Assembly (NCBI GenBank): GCA_963695375.1
Contig: OY968767.1
Coordinates: forward strand, 2,131,283 to 2,195,282
Direction: 5' to 3'
DNA length: 64,000 nt
Source: an uncultured Actinomycetota bacterium
GTDB taxonomy: Bacteria; Actinomycetota; Actinomycetes; Propionibacteriales; Nocardioidaceae
Shown piece by piece: positions 11,141-20,307 of the stretch. The notes under the pieces are model-generated. The model was given only the letters and a program-made list of their open reading frames with translations. It ran no database searches and was not told the origin of the DNA. Position 1 is the first letter of the stretch. Every line of letters begins with the position of its first letter. The position numbers and the translations under genes were made by a program.

Positions 11141-12328
11141 ATGCTCCCCGCTGCCGTACGCACCGTCGCCACCACCGCCGCGCTCGTCCTCGCCTCCAGC
11201 GCCTTCTCGCCCGCGCTGGCGGCGATGTGGGAGCCGGACTTCGAGGCCCCGTTCGGCTGCGGACAGCGCTGGTACGCCAGCACTCGGTCCGGGCACAGCC
11301 CGAGCTACTACTCGGTCGACTTCAATGCCGACGACGACTACCGCGCGCCGGTGCTGATGAGCGCGCCGGGGGTCGTCACCGACGTGGTGGACCTCGGGAA
11401 CTCGTCGTACGGCAAGTACGTCGTCGTCGACCACGGCCAGAACTGGACCACGCTCTACGCGCACCTGGACGCCCAGTGGGTGGTCGAGGGGCAGTGGCTC
11501 GACCAGGGCCAGTTCATCGGCCTGCTCGGCACCACCGGCGGGTCGACCGGTCCGCACCTGCACTTCGAGGAGCGACTCAACCGGGTCGACCAGCACGCGG
11601 TCTTCCACGGCACCGCCCTGGACTACGACAGCACCATCACCAGCCACAACTGCGGCGACGTGCCGATCACCGGGGACTGGAACGGCGACCGCCGCACCGA
11701 CGTCGGCGTGTTCCGGCCGACGGCGAACGGCGGCCTGTTCCGGCTGCGCCAGCCCGCCGGCAAGGTGACGAAGATCCGGCTCGGCGGGGCGATGGACCGG
11801 CCGGTGACCGGTGACTGGAACGGCGACGGCCAGACCGACGTGGGGGTGTGGCAGCGCAAGAAGCGCACCTTCGTGCTGCGTGGGCCGGCCGGCAAGACCA
11901 CCAGCATCCGCTTCGGGTCGCGGCGCGACCTGCCCATCACCGGCGACTGGAACGGCGACGGCACGACCGAGGTCGGCGTCTTCCGGCCGCGCAAGTCCAA
12001 GGTCCGGCTGCGGGACGGGGCCGGCCAGGTCACCCGCTTCCGCTTCGGCTCGCCGGCGGCGGTTCCGGTGACCGGAGACTGGGATGGTGACGGGCGGGGT
12101 GACGTGGGCGCGTTCAATGTGCGCACCGGCACCTGGTCGCTCCGTTCGACCAAGACCGGTCGGGTCACCACCGAGTCCTTCGGCAGCACCGGGACGCTGC
12201 CGGTGCCGGGGGACTGGGACGGCGACGGCAGCACCACGCTCGGCACCTGGGGTCCGAGCAACGCCACCTTCATCCAGCAGACCGGGAGCACGACGACGCG
12301 GGTGACGTTCGGGAACCAGCGTCGCTGA
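11141..12328 (+). CDS. Secreted M23 (LytM-type) metallopeptidase fused to five FG-GAP/VCBS-like repeats
   Basis: Signal peptide (TAALVLASSAFSPALA) and M23 motifs (YSVDFNADDD; GGSTGPHLHFE). These are followed by 5 repeats of ~40 aa with a P-[IV]-[TP]-GDW[ND]GD-x-x-[TD] core. Confidence 0.8.
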   Translation: MLPAAVRTVATTAALVLASSAFSPALAAMWEPDFEAPFGCGQRWYASTRSGHSPSYYSVDFNADDDYRAPVLMSAPGVVTDVVDLGNSSYGKYVVVDHGQNWTTLYAHLDAQWVVEGQWLDQGQFIGLLGTTGGSTGPHLHFEERLNRVDQHAVFHGTALDYDSTITSHNCGDVPITGDWNGDRRTDVGVFRPTANGGLFRLRQPAGKVTKIRLGGAMDRPVTGDWNGDGQTDVGVWQRKKRTFVLRGPAGKTTSIRFGSRRDLPITGDWNGDGTTEVGVFRPRKSKVRLRDGAGQVTRFRFGSPAAVPVTGDWDGDGRGDVGAFNVRTGTWSLRSTKTGRVTTESFGSTGTLPVPGDWDGDGSTTLGTWGPSNATFIQQTGSTTTRVTFGNQRR

Positions 12329-12338
12329 TTGCTGCGGG

Positions 12339-13385
12339 TCAGTTGACGTCGCTCGGCCCAGGCAGCTGCTCGGACTCGGAGCCGTAGGTCTCGAGGTAGT
12401 CGTCGATCCGGTCCTCCGCCGTCGCCGTCCACAGCTCGCCGGCCTGTTGCTCGTCCAGGCGCACGATGCTGGCGCCGGCGTCGGTGGTGTCGAAGCTGCC
12501 GAACGGCGCGGTCAGGAACGTCATGTCGCTGGTGCGTACTCCGCGCAGGGACAGGGCGAGGCTGCGGATCTTGCCGGTGTCGAACGACTCGTCCACCGTC
12601 AGGTTGCCGACCACGGCCCGCAGGGTCGAGGTCAACGTGAACGGGTTGGTCAGCGTGCCTCTGCTGAGGATCGTGCCCAGCATGGCGCGGAGGAAGTTCT
12701 GCTGCCGGTCGATGCGGTCGAAGTCACCACCCGGCAGCCCATACCGAGTGCGGACGTACTGCAACGACTCCTCACCGTCCAGCTGCTTGACACCCTCGCC
12801 CGGGACCGAGAGCTGCACTCCGCCGAGAGCGTTGGTGATGTCCTCGAAGCCGTCCCAGTCGACCACCGCCAGGTGGTCCATCCGCAGCTCGGTCAGATTC
12901 TCGACCGTGGCGAGGTAGGCGGTCGGGCCGTAGAGCGAGAACGCGGCGTTGATCTTGTTCATGTCCGCCGGTTCGCCGACCTCGTCGTAGAGCCGCACAT
13001 AGGAGTCGCGGGGGATCGAGATCAGGTACGCGCGCTGCCGGTCCGCGGTGACGTGCAGGACCATGATGGTGTCGGTGCGGAGCACGCCGGCGTCCCAGCC
13101 CCCCTCGGCGATCTCCGCGATGCTGCGCCCGTCTCCCTTGTCGACCCCCGCGAGCAGGATGTTCACCGAGTCGCCCTGCACCCGTGCGGGGCGGCTGTCG
13201 GCCGGCAGTGCCCCGGTGTCGAAGGTGTCGATGTTGCCCAGCTGCGCGTTGAGGTAGATGGCGAAGGCCGAGACGGCGACGACGAGCAGGCTGACCAGCC
13301 CGAGCAGTGACGCCAGAACCGGGTGCCGGCGGAGGAGACCCCGACGCCTCGTCGAGGGCCGGTCCGGCTGCTGGTCGTGGCTCAT
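12339..13385 (-). CDS. LCP (LytR-CpsA-Psr) family cell-envelope glycopolymer transferase
   Basis: ATG at 13385, an N-terminal TM anchor, and the LCP core (NILLAGVDKGDG...RTDTIMVLHVTADRQRAYLISIPRDSYV). Confidence 0.85.
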   Translation of the reverse strand: MSHDQQPDRPSTRRRGLLRRHPVLASLLGLVSLLVVAVSAFAIYLNAQLGNIDTFDTGALPADSRPARVQGDSVNILLAGVDKGDGRSIAEIAEGGWDAGVLRTDTIMVLHVTADRQRAYLISIPRDSYVRLYDEVGEPADMNKINAAFSLYGPTAYLATVENLTELRMDHLAVVDWDGFEDITNALGGVQLSVPGEGVKQLDGEESLQYVRTRYGLPGGDFDRIDRQQNFLRAMLGTILSRGTLTNPFTLTSTLRAVVGNLTVDESFDTGKIRSLALSLRGVRTSDMTFLTAPFGSFDTTDAGASIVRLDEQQAGELWTATAEDRIDDYLETYGSESEQLPGPSDVN

Positions 13386-13452
13386 TGGTCCAGTCTGCCC
13401 GGACCCGCTCTGTTCTCCGCGGAGGCTGCCGGTGCCGCCGGGCGATTCACGG

Positions 13453-14919
13453 CTACGGCGGCTCGCTGGCCCAGCCCAAGGCCGGTGGCGGTCGGGACTC
13501 GTACTGGTGGCCGGTCGGAGTGGACCACACCACCCGGAAGCCGTCTCCCTCGACCCGCCAGCCGGGCAGGTCGCGGAGGTGGTGGCAGCGGACCGACAGC
13601 GCCTGTCCGTTGTGCGCTCCGGTGCGACCACCCGCCGCGTGCGGGCGGATGTGGTCGACGTCGGTGGCCCGACTGTCGCAGACCGGCATCCGGCAGCTCC
13701 CGTCCCGCCAGCCCACGAGAGCGCGCACCGGGCCGGTGAAGAAGCGGTCTCTGGTCTCGGCTGCGGGCACCGACGGGTCGGCCGGCTGATGGAGCCAGCG
13801 GTCGAACGGGGTCCGGTCGCTCGCGGGGCGGCTGGAGCGGTCGATGGTCAACACGTGTCCGTCGTCGTCGACGATCACCCGACGAAGGGTGGAGCCAACG
13901 GCCGAACAGAGGCCGCGAGCGACGCCGGCCGGGATCGGGCCCACTCCGCGCAGGTGTCCGGGGTCGTCGTCCTTGCCGACCAGCGTGGTTGCCTTGAGCA
14001 GCAGCCCGATCTGCGCGGCCGGCGGCAGCGGCCCGACTGGAGCCGCGACGCCGGTCACCCGCTCGACGAGGGTGTCGGCCATCAGCTGACCGATGCTGCG
14101 CTCGTCACCGTCGGCACGACGGGCCCGGGCGTGGTGGTCGAGGGCATGCCAGCAGGCGGCGGCCAGCTCGACCGGCAGGAGGGCGACCAGCGAGGCCGTG
14201 CCGTCCCGGCTGTCGTTCGTCGGCGCCAGCGCCACGTGCCGGTCGGCGCGAGCGCGCGCCGCTCTCCGCTCAGCAGCCTGACGGTCGAGCAACAGGACGA
14301 GGCGTCGCGCGGCCGCTGCCAGCCGGCTGACGGTGGCCGCCCGCGGGCGCACGTCCGGGAGGACCACCGTGCGGACCTGGCCGCGCACGACCTCGGTCAG
14401 CGTCCGCAGGTAGGTGACCGGAACTCCGTCGGGTGGCTGGTCCACCGACAGCGGTGGCAGGCTATCCAGCGGGCCGATCCTGTCGCCGGACGTCAGCTCT
14501 GCCGCTGACCGCTCGACCGCCGCCGCCAGTCGGCGGTCGATCTCGCGCCGCACCTCGGGCCCGACGCCGTGGGTCTCCCGGACGACGGCGCGTCCCGCGG
14601 CCCAGGAGATCTCGCCTCGGTGCATCAGCTCGAACAACAGCGGCAGCTCGTCCACCAGGGCCTGCGCGGCAGCCAACTGGTGCTCTGCGGTGGCGGTTGA
14701 GACCCCTCGAGCGAGCGCGACCTCGGCGGCGACTCCCCGCTCCCCGCCGGTGGCACGGCCCGCCTCGGCCGCGTGCGCGGCGATCTGCTCGGCCTGCTCG
14801 GCCTGCAACCGGGCGATCTGACGTTCAAGGGCGACAATGTTCTCGATCCGCGCGTAACCGTCCGCAGGCGACGGTGCCGGCAGATCCGGGCCGGCCAGCG
14901 GGATCACTGCATCGAACAT
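13453..14919 (-). CDS. DUF222 / HNH endonuclease (13E12-repeat-type) protein
   Basis: 488 aa. The C-terminal HNH region is CRMPVCDSRATDVDHIRPHAAGGRTGAHNGQALSVRCHHLRD. The long helical N-terminal domain is typical of actinobacterial DUF222 proteins. Confidence 0.85.
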   Translation of the reverse strand: MFDAVIPLAGPDLPAPSPADGYARIENIVALERQIARLQAEQAEQIAAHAAEAGRATGGERGVAAEVALARGVSTATAEHQLAAAQALVDELPLLFELMHRGEISWAAGRAVVRETHGVGPEVRREIDRRLAAAVERSAAELTSGDRIGPLDSLPPLSVDQPPDGVPVTYLRTLTEVVRGQVRTVVLPDVRPRAATVSRLAAAARRLVLLLDRQAAERRAARARADRHVALAPTNDSRDGTASLVALLPVELAAACWHALDHHARARRADGDERSIGQLMADTLVERVTGVAAPVGPLPPAAQIGLLLKATTLVGKDDDPGHLRGVGPIPAGVARGLCSAVGSTLRRVIVDDDGHVLTIDRSSRPASDRTPFDRWLHQPADPSVPAAETRDRFFTGPVRALVGWRDGSCRMPVCDSRATDVDHIRPHAAGGRTGAHNGQALSVRCHHLRDLPGWRVEGDGFRVVWSTPTGHQYESRPPPALGWASEPP

Positions 14920-14991
14920 ACGTTCGAGTTTAGTCGGTGGTCCTGACAGCCGGAAGCCTTCGGGACCAGGCTGTGGACCCGCCGCAGCTGC

Positions 14992-16260
14992 TCAGAACAA
15001 CCCGACGGGCGTCGACGAGAAACCCGGGAACACCTGCGGCACGCTCACCTCGGGGAACCGTGCGGCGACCGCCTCCGCCAGGACCGAGCGGTAGTCGGTC
15101 GTGACGGCGAGGTCGCCCTGCACCAGGTTGCCGTCGGCGAGGCCGGGCCACTGGGCGAGGTAGCGGCCGCCCTTGACGCCGGCGCCGAGCGCCAGCATGC
15201 AGTTGCCGTAGCCGTGGTCGGTGCCGTTGCCGCCGTTCTCGCGCACCCGACGGCCGAACTCGCTGATCGTCAGCACCGTGACCCGGTCACCGGCGCTGCC
15301 GAGGTCGGTGAAGAACGCCGCCAGCGACTTGGCCAGGTCGATCGCGTTGGTCTTGAGCTGACCGGCCTGCACCGTGCCCTGACCGGTGTGGTGGTCCCAC
15401 GAGCCGCAGTCGACCGCGATCACCCGGGCGCCGACGTCGGCCCGGACGGTCCGGGCGGACTCGCGGAGCGCGTCGCCAAGCGCGGTCGTCGGGTAGACGG
15501 CGCCGTTGGCGGTCGGCGCGCTGCCGTAGAGCCCGGCCAGCCGCTGGGTGACTTCGAGCGCGGAGCGGGCGCCACTGCCCAGGGGCGTGTTCACGCCGTC
15601 CCAGGCCGTCGTCAGCGACTGCCGGGTCGGCACCGCCCACGCGCCGGTGGCAGCCGGCAGCTTGACGTCCCTGTAGTTGCGCAGCGCCACCGTCGGCTGC
15701 TCGCCGTACAGTGCGGTGGGGACCAGGCCGCTGCCGAGCTGCATCCCGCGAACCGGGTCCGGCGCACCCATCAGCCCGACCATCCGGTTGATCCAGCCGC
15801 GTCGCTCGGGGCTGCCGGGGTCGGCGTCCTCGACCTCCTCCATCGCGGCGAAGTGGCTGCGGTTGGGCTGCGGCATCCCCACCGCGTGCACGGCGCCGAA
15901 CCGGCCCGACGTCCACATCGGCACCAACGGCTGGAAGGCCGGGTGCAGCCCGAAGACCGGGTCCTTGACGAGCAGCGACCCGGTCGGCACCCCGATCGTC
16001 GGCCGCGCCGCGGCGTAGGCGGGGTCGCCGTGCGGCACCACCAGCGACAGGCCGTCCGCGCCGCCGCGCAGGCTGACGACGACGAGCACGTTGCCGCCGG
16101 CCACGTTGCCGTACGCGGTCTGGGTGAAGACGTCGCCGACCAGGCTGGTGGTGACCACCGCGCCGGTGAACGCCGCGGCTCCGCGGAGCAGGTTCCGGCG
16201 CGAGACCTGGAAGTCCGGGCAGCCGCAGGAGTCGGCCGGGGAGGGAAGGTGATCGGACAT
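14992..16260 (-). CDS. DUF1501 (sulfatase/phosphatase-like fold) protein with Tat signal
   Basis: Twin-arginine signal (SRRNLLRGAAAFTGAVV) and the DUF1501-like core (SLRGGADGLS, DCGSWDHH, TDHGYGN). Confidence 0.8.
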   Translation of the reverse strand: MSDHLPSPADSCGCPDFQVSRRNLLRGAAAFTGAVVTTSLVGDVFTQTAYGNVAGGNVLVVVSLRGGADGLSLVVPHGDPAYAAARPTIGVPTGSLLVKDPVFGLHPAFQPLVPMWTSGRFGAVHAVGMPQPNRSHFAAMEEVEDADPGSPERRGWINRMVGLMGAPDPVRGMQLGSGLVPTALYGEQPTVALRNYRDVKLPAATGAWAVPTRQSLTTAWDGVNTPLGSGARSALEVTQRLAGLYGSAPTANGAVYPTTALGDALRESARTVRADVGARVIAVDCGSWDHHTGQGTVQAGQLKTNAIDLAKSLAAFFTDLGSAGDRVTVLTISEFGRRVRENGGNGTDHGYGNCMLALGAGVKGGRYLAQWPGLADGNLVQGDLAVTTDYRSVLAEAVAARFPEVSVPQVFPGFSSTPVGLF

Positions 16261-16272
16261 GCGGGAGGCTCC

Positions 16273-17742
16273 TCAGCGGCTCATGTGCTCGGGGGTGTCC
16301 AGGACGGCGGCCAGCAGCCGGGGGAGCCGCCACGAGCGCAGGTCGTCGAAGACCCGGATGACGGTCCCCGACGAGAGGCCGATCCGCTGGCTCACGACGG
16401 CGATCAGCCGCGCATCGGCCGGTCGGCAGAGCAGCTGCCGGCAGACGTGGTCGACGATCTCGCCGACGGTCGCGGGCAACGGGGGGAGCCACGACTGCGG
16501 CGTGCGGCGGACCGCCCCGGAGTGCGGCTGGTGCCCGGCGGCGAGGGCGTAGTGCACGTCCCAGCAGGCCAGCACCCGGCTCACCGACGACCACGCCTCG
16601 CCGTTGTCCGGCGGCCCGTCCGGTCGAGGCCAGTCGTACGGCCGCTGACCGACCCCGCCCGCCTGGGTGGTGCACGCCTGGGCGAAGTCGCTGCTGCGGG
16701 TGGGCTTCGTCGGCGCCAGGCCGAGGACTCGCCAGGTGGCGATCAGGTCCTCGACGGGGGTCCGGGTCTTGGCGTCCACCGCCGCCTCGAAGTCCGGGTG
16801 CTGGACCAGCGCGCGCAGCATGGCGGGGATGGAGCTTCCCGAGCTCAGGTATGCCGCCGCGACCGCGTCGACGACCGACTGGCTCGGGAAGTCCGACACG
16901 AACCGCCGGCACAGCTTGAGGGCGATCCGCTGGGCCGTCGCCGGGTGCTGCGCCAGGTAGCGCAGCAGGGCCTCGGCGACCGGGCGGCCGTCCGCCGCCG
17001 CGTTGGCGTGGCTGAAGCCGAGCACCTGCACCGGTCCGGTGGAGTGGTCCTCCGGTGCGTACCAGGCGTCCCAGGTCCCGGCCCGGTCCACCCGGTAGCC
17101 GGTGAGAATCCGCGCGGCGTCCCGCACGTCGGCCTCGCCGTAGCCGGACTCGCGCCCGACGGTGTGCAGCTCCAGCAGCTCGCGGCCGAGGTTCTCGTTC
17201 AGCCTGCGGCCGGTGGACTTCGAGTTGTCCAGGTAGCAGCCCATCGCCCGACCGAGGACCACCTCGACCAGCATGTCCTCGAACCGGCCGAGCGCGTGCT
17301 TGCGCACGGCCAGGTCGTGCTCCATCCGCACCGCCCAGGTGCCGTACGTGTGCACGGTGACGTGCAGGTGGTCGAGCCAGAAGCCGGCCACCACCTCGAG
17401 CAGCTGGCGCTTGCTGAACGCCCGGCGCATCAGCGTCCAGCGGATCAGGTCGCTCGACACGTCGAGGCTGCTCAGGGTGCCGGCGTTGTGGCCGGCCTGA
17501 AGCTGTCGGGGTGTCATCGACAACCGGGGCCACCAGGACAGCAGCTGGTCGCCGAGCGGGTCGGGCACCGTGGTCGGCTGCAGCTGCGCCTCGAACCAGG
17601 CCTGCGGGCCGCCTGCGGTGGCCAGGTCCGCGACCAGGTCGGGCGTGCACCCGTAGCTGAACCGCTGCAGCAGGTGCCGCTCGGCGACTGCCGGGGTGGT
17701 CAGAGGGGAGGCAAGGGTGGTGCTGGTGAGACCCATCCGCAT
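16273..17742 (-). CDS. DUF1800 domain protein
   Basis: 489 aa, immediately upstream of and co-oriented with the DUF1501 gene (12-nt gap). This is the classical DUF1800-DUF1501 pairing. The translation shows typical DUF1800 helical content (HLLQRFSYG..., FWLDHLHV, YLDN). Confidence 0.75.
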   Translation of the reverse strand: MRMGLTSTTLASPLTTPAVAERHLLQRFSYGCTPDLVADLATAGGPQAWFEAQLQPTTVPDPLGDQLLSWWPRLSMTPRQLQAGHNAGTLSSLDVSSDLIRWTLMRRAFSKRQLLEVVAGFWLDHLHVTVHTYGTWAVRMEHDLAVRKHALGRFEDMLVEVVLGRAMGCYLDNSKSTGRRLNENLGRELLELHTVGRESGYGEADVRDAARILTGYRVDRAGTWDAWYAPEDHSTGPVQVLGFSHANAAADGRPVAEALLRYLAQHPATAQRIALKLCRRFVSDFPSQSVVDAVAAAYLSSGSSIPAMLRALVQHPDFEAAVDAKTRTPVEDLIATWRVLGLAPTKPTRSSDFAQACTTQAGGVGQRPYDWPRPDGPPDNGEAWSSVSRVLACWDVHYALAAGHQPHSGAVRRTPQSWLPPLPATVGEIVDHVCRQLLCRPADARLIAVVSQRIGLSSGTVIRVFDDLRSWRLPRLLAAVLDTPEHMSR

Positions 17743-17898
17743 ACCCGTTCCGAACTCGATTCCCCCGAATCAGTGACGTTGTGTAGTCGCATAGTTACAT
17801 AGCGTTAGACTGACTGACGAGTCGGCCGAGCGGACGATTTGCTCGCCTCAGCCGTCCCGGCAGGCCTCGGCTGTCCCAATGGCCCCGGCCGGGAGCGG

Positions 17899-18786
17899 TC
17901 AGGCCGGGGTGATCCGGCCGACCAGATGGGTGCGGTCGCCGTCGACGGAGGTGACCCCCAGCAGCCGGCTGCCGTCGCCGTCGGACGCAGTGCCGAAGCC
18001 GACCTCGGCCGGCAGCAGCAGCGGCTTCCGGAAGGCGACCTCGTAGCGGTAGGCGTCCGGCAGCCGGGCCTCCACCGCGGCCAGGGCTCGGGCGGCCGTC
18101 CACATCCCGTGCGCGATCGCCCGCGGGAAACCGAACGCCCGGGCGCCGAGCCGGCTGAGGTGGATCGGGTTCCGGTCACCGGAGACGGCGGCGAACCGGC
18201 GGCCGACGTCACCCGGCACCTGCCAGCGCGCGACACCGGGGGGCGGCTCGACACCCGCCAGCGGCGAGCCGTCCGGCGCGGCCCGGTCACCCCTGCCGCG
18301 CGACAGCACCGTCGTGGTCTCCTCCCAGACCGGCTCGCCGTCGACCGTGACCGCCGTGACCAGATCCACCAGCCGGCCGCTCCGGTGCGGGCGCGGCCCC
18401 TCCGGCCTGACCACCAGGTCGTACGTCTCGTGCACCCCGAGCGGGCGATGCTGGACGACGGTGTTGGCGAGGTGCACCAGCCCGAGCGCGGCGTAGGGGA
18501 ACCGGCGGTCGGTGAGCAGGGCCAGCTGGGGCCCGAACGCCGCGAGATGCGGGTACAGCCCCGGCAGCCGGTCGGCCAGGGCGTGCCCGGTCAGTCGGGA
18601 GTACGCGGCGAGGTGGTCGGTGTCGGTGCGCACCCCGGTCCGCCGGATCTCCAGGTCGGGAAGTCCACCGCCGGGCTGCCTGCGGAGGCCCGGCAGCGAC
18701 CCGACCACCGGCAGCGACGACAGCACCGCCCGGGCGTAGAGCGGCAGCGTCGCCGGGGCCGACCCGTAGGTGGCGGAGTCGGTCAT
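17899..18786 (-). CDS. MaoC-like (R)-specific hydratase/dehydratase (HtdX-like)
   Basis: Double hot-dog MaoC pattern (FAAVSGDRNPIHLSRLGARAFGFPRAIAHGMW). The ATG at 18786 overlaps the upstream gene's stop by 1 nt (TGATG). Confidence 0.75.
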   Translation of the reverse strand: MTDSATYGSAPATLPLYARAVLSSLPVVGSLPGLRRQPGGGLPDLEIRRTGVRTDTDHLAAYSRLTGHALADRLPGLYPHLAAFGPQLALLTDRRFPYAALGLVHLANTVVQHRPLGVHETYDLVVRPEGPRPHRSGRLVDLVTAVTVDGEPVWEETTTVLSRGRGDRAAPDGSPLAGVEPPPGVARWQVPGDVGRRFAAVSGDRNPIHLSRLGARAFGFPRAIAHGMWTAARALAAVEARLPDAYRYEVAFRKPLLLPAEVGFGTASDGDGSRLLGVTSVDGDRTHLVGRITPA

Positions 18787-20126
18787 CAGGCGCCGAGCAG
18801 GCTCTGCCCGCACACCCGCAGCACGTTGCCGGACACCGCGCTGGAGCCGGCGGCGGCGTACCAGGCCACCGCCTCGGCCACGTCGACCGGCAGCCCGCCT
18901 TGCGCCAGCGAGTTCATCCGGCGGCCGGCCTCGCGGACGAGCAGCGGCATCCGGGCCGTCATCGCGGTCTCGATGAAGCCGGGCGCGACGGCGTTGACGG
19001 TCACGCCGCGGTCGGCCGCGACCGGAGCGAGCGCCTCGACCATGCCGATCACCCCGGCCTTGGAGGTGGCGTAGTTGGTCTGGCCGTTGTTGCCGGCGAT
19101 GCCGGCGATGGACGCCACGCCGACCACCGCGCCACCGGGCCGGATCACCCCCTCGTCGAGCAGGTGCTCGGTGATCCGGAGCGGAGCGGCGAGGTTGACG
19201 CCGAGCACCGGGTCCCAGGTCTCCGGTCGCATGTTGGCCAGCCGCTTGTCCCGGGTGATCCCGGCGTTGTGCACCACGACGTCCACCCCACCGTGCCGGT
19301 CCGTCAGGTGCCGGGCGATCCGCTGCGGGGCGTCCGGAGCGGTCACGTCCAGACTGAGCGCGGAGCCGTCCAGCTCGGCGACCAGCTCCTGCAGCTCGGA
19401 GGCCAGCGCGGGCACGTCCAGCCCGACCACGATGGCGCCGTCGCGGTGCAACACGCGGGCCATCGAGGCCCCGATGCCCCGGGCCGCGCCGGTGACCAGC
19501 GCGACGCGGCCCGCCAGCGGCCGCTCCCGGTCGTACGGCTGCTCGCCGGCTGTGCCGCCGACGTGGACGACCTGCCCGGACACGTAGGCCGACCGCGGGG
19601 ACAGCAGGAACGCCAGCGTCGAGGTCAGCGACTCCTCTGCGCCGGGGGACACGGAGACCAGCTGGGCGGTCCCGCCGGCTCGCAGCTCCTTGGCCAGCGA
19701 GCGGGTGAAGCCCTCCAGGGCTCGCTGGGCGACCGCCGCGGCTGCGCTGCCCGACGCGACTGGCGGGGTGCCGAGCACGAGCGCCCGCCCCGACGGCGCC
19801 AGCCGGCGCATCAGCGGGGTGAAGAACTCGCGCAGCAGCGCGAGCCCGGCGACGTCGGCGATCCCGGACGCGTCGAAGACCACGGCCTTCGCCCGCTCTC
19901 CGTCGTCGCCGAGCGTCGCCGTGGTGGCCACCTCCAGCGCCTTCAGCTGGCGCTGCACCGGCTCGGCCAGCCGTCCGCCCGGAGCGGACCCGAGCACGCA
20001 GACGCCGTCGACCACCGGGGCACCGGGGGTCCAGCGCTCCAGCCGGGGCGGGTTCGGCAGACCGAGGTTGTTCACCAGCAGCCGTCCGACCGGGGTCTGC
20101 ACCAGCGACTGATAGCGGTCAGGCAC
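18786..20126 (-). CDS. fabG4: High-molecular-weight 3-oxoacyl-ACP/CoA reductase (FabG4-like SDR with N-terminal extra domain)
   Basis: 446 aa. The C-terminal classical SDR domain has VALVTGAARGIGASMA ... NYATSKAGVIG. The ~200-aa N-terminal flavodoxin-like domain resembles FabG4 (Rv0242c), from memory. Confidence 0.8.
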   Translation of the reverse strand: MPDRYQSLVQTPVGRLLVNNLGLPNPPRLERWTPGAPVVDGVCVLGSAPGGRLAEPVQRQLKALEVATTATLGDDGERAKAVVFDASGIADVAGLALLREFFTPLMRRLAPSGRALVLGTPPVASGSAAAAVAQRALEGFTRSLAKELRAGGTAQLVSVSPGAEESLTSTLAFLLSPRSAYVSGQVVHVGGTAGEQPYDRERPLAGRVALVTGAARGIGASMARVLHRDGAIVVGLDVPALASELQELVAELDGSALSLDVTAPDAPQRIARHLTDRHGGVDVVVHNAGITRDKRLANMRPETWDPVLGVNLAAPLRITEHLLDEGVIRPGGAVVGVASIAGIAGNNGQTNYATSKAGVIGMVEALAPVAADRGVTVNAVAPGFIETAMTARMPLLVREAGRRMNSLAQGGLPVDVAEAVAWYAAAGSSAVSGNVLRVCGQSLLGA

Positions 20127-20307
20127 GTCGGTTGTGTCCCATCTCTCCAGGGCCGGGCCTCGCCGGGCGGTCCGACCGGGCGGTAACTTGCGGTGTTACC
20201 CGGGAGTTCGTTTCCGGAACCGCCATCCTGACGGCCGAGCAGGCGTGGCGTCCATGTGCCAGCGGTGTGGCGTCGCCCACCGTCGACCGCGGAGGTGCGC
20301 ACCGCCC

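Noticed and set aside
11650-12300. Periodic ~120-nt similarity inside the M23 peptidase gene
   Set aside because: This is explained by the five protein-level FG-GAP-like repeats. It is not a DNA repeat array or CRISPR.
13453-14919. Calling the HNH/DUF222 gene a mobile element
   Set aside because: No terminal repeats, target-site duplication or associated recombinase are visible, so it is annotated as a CDS only.
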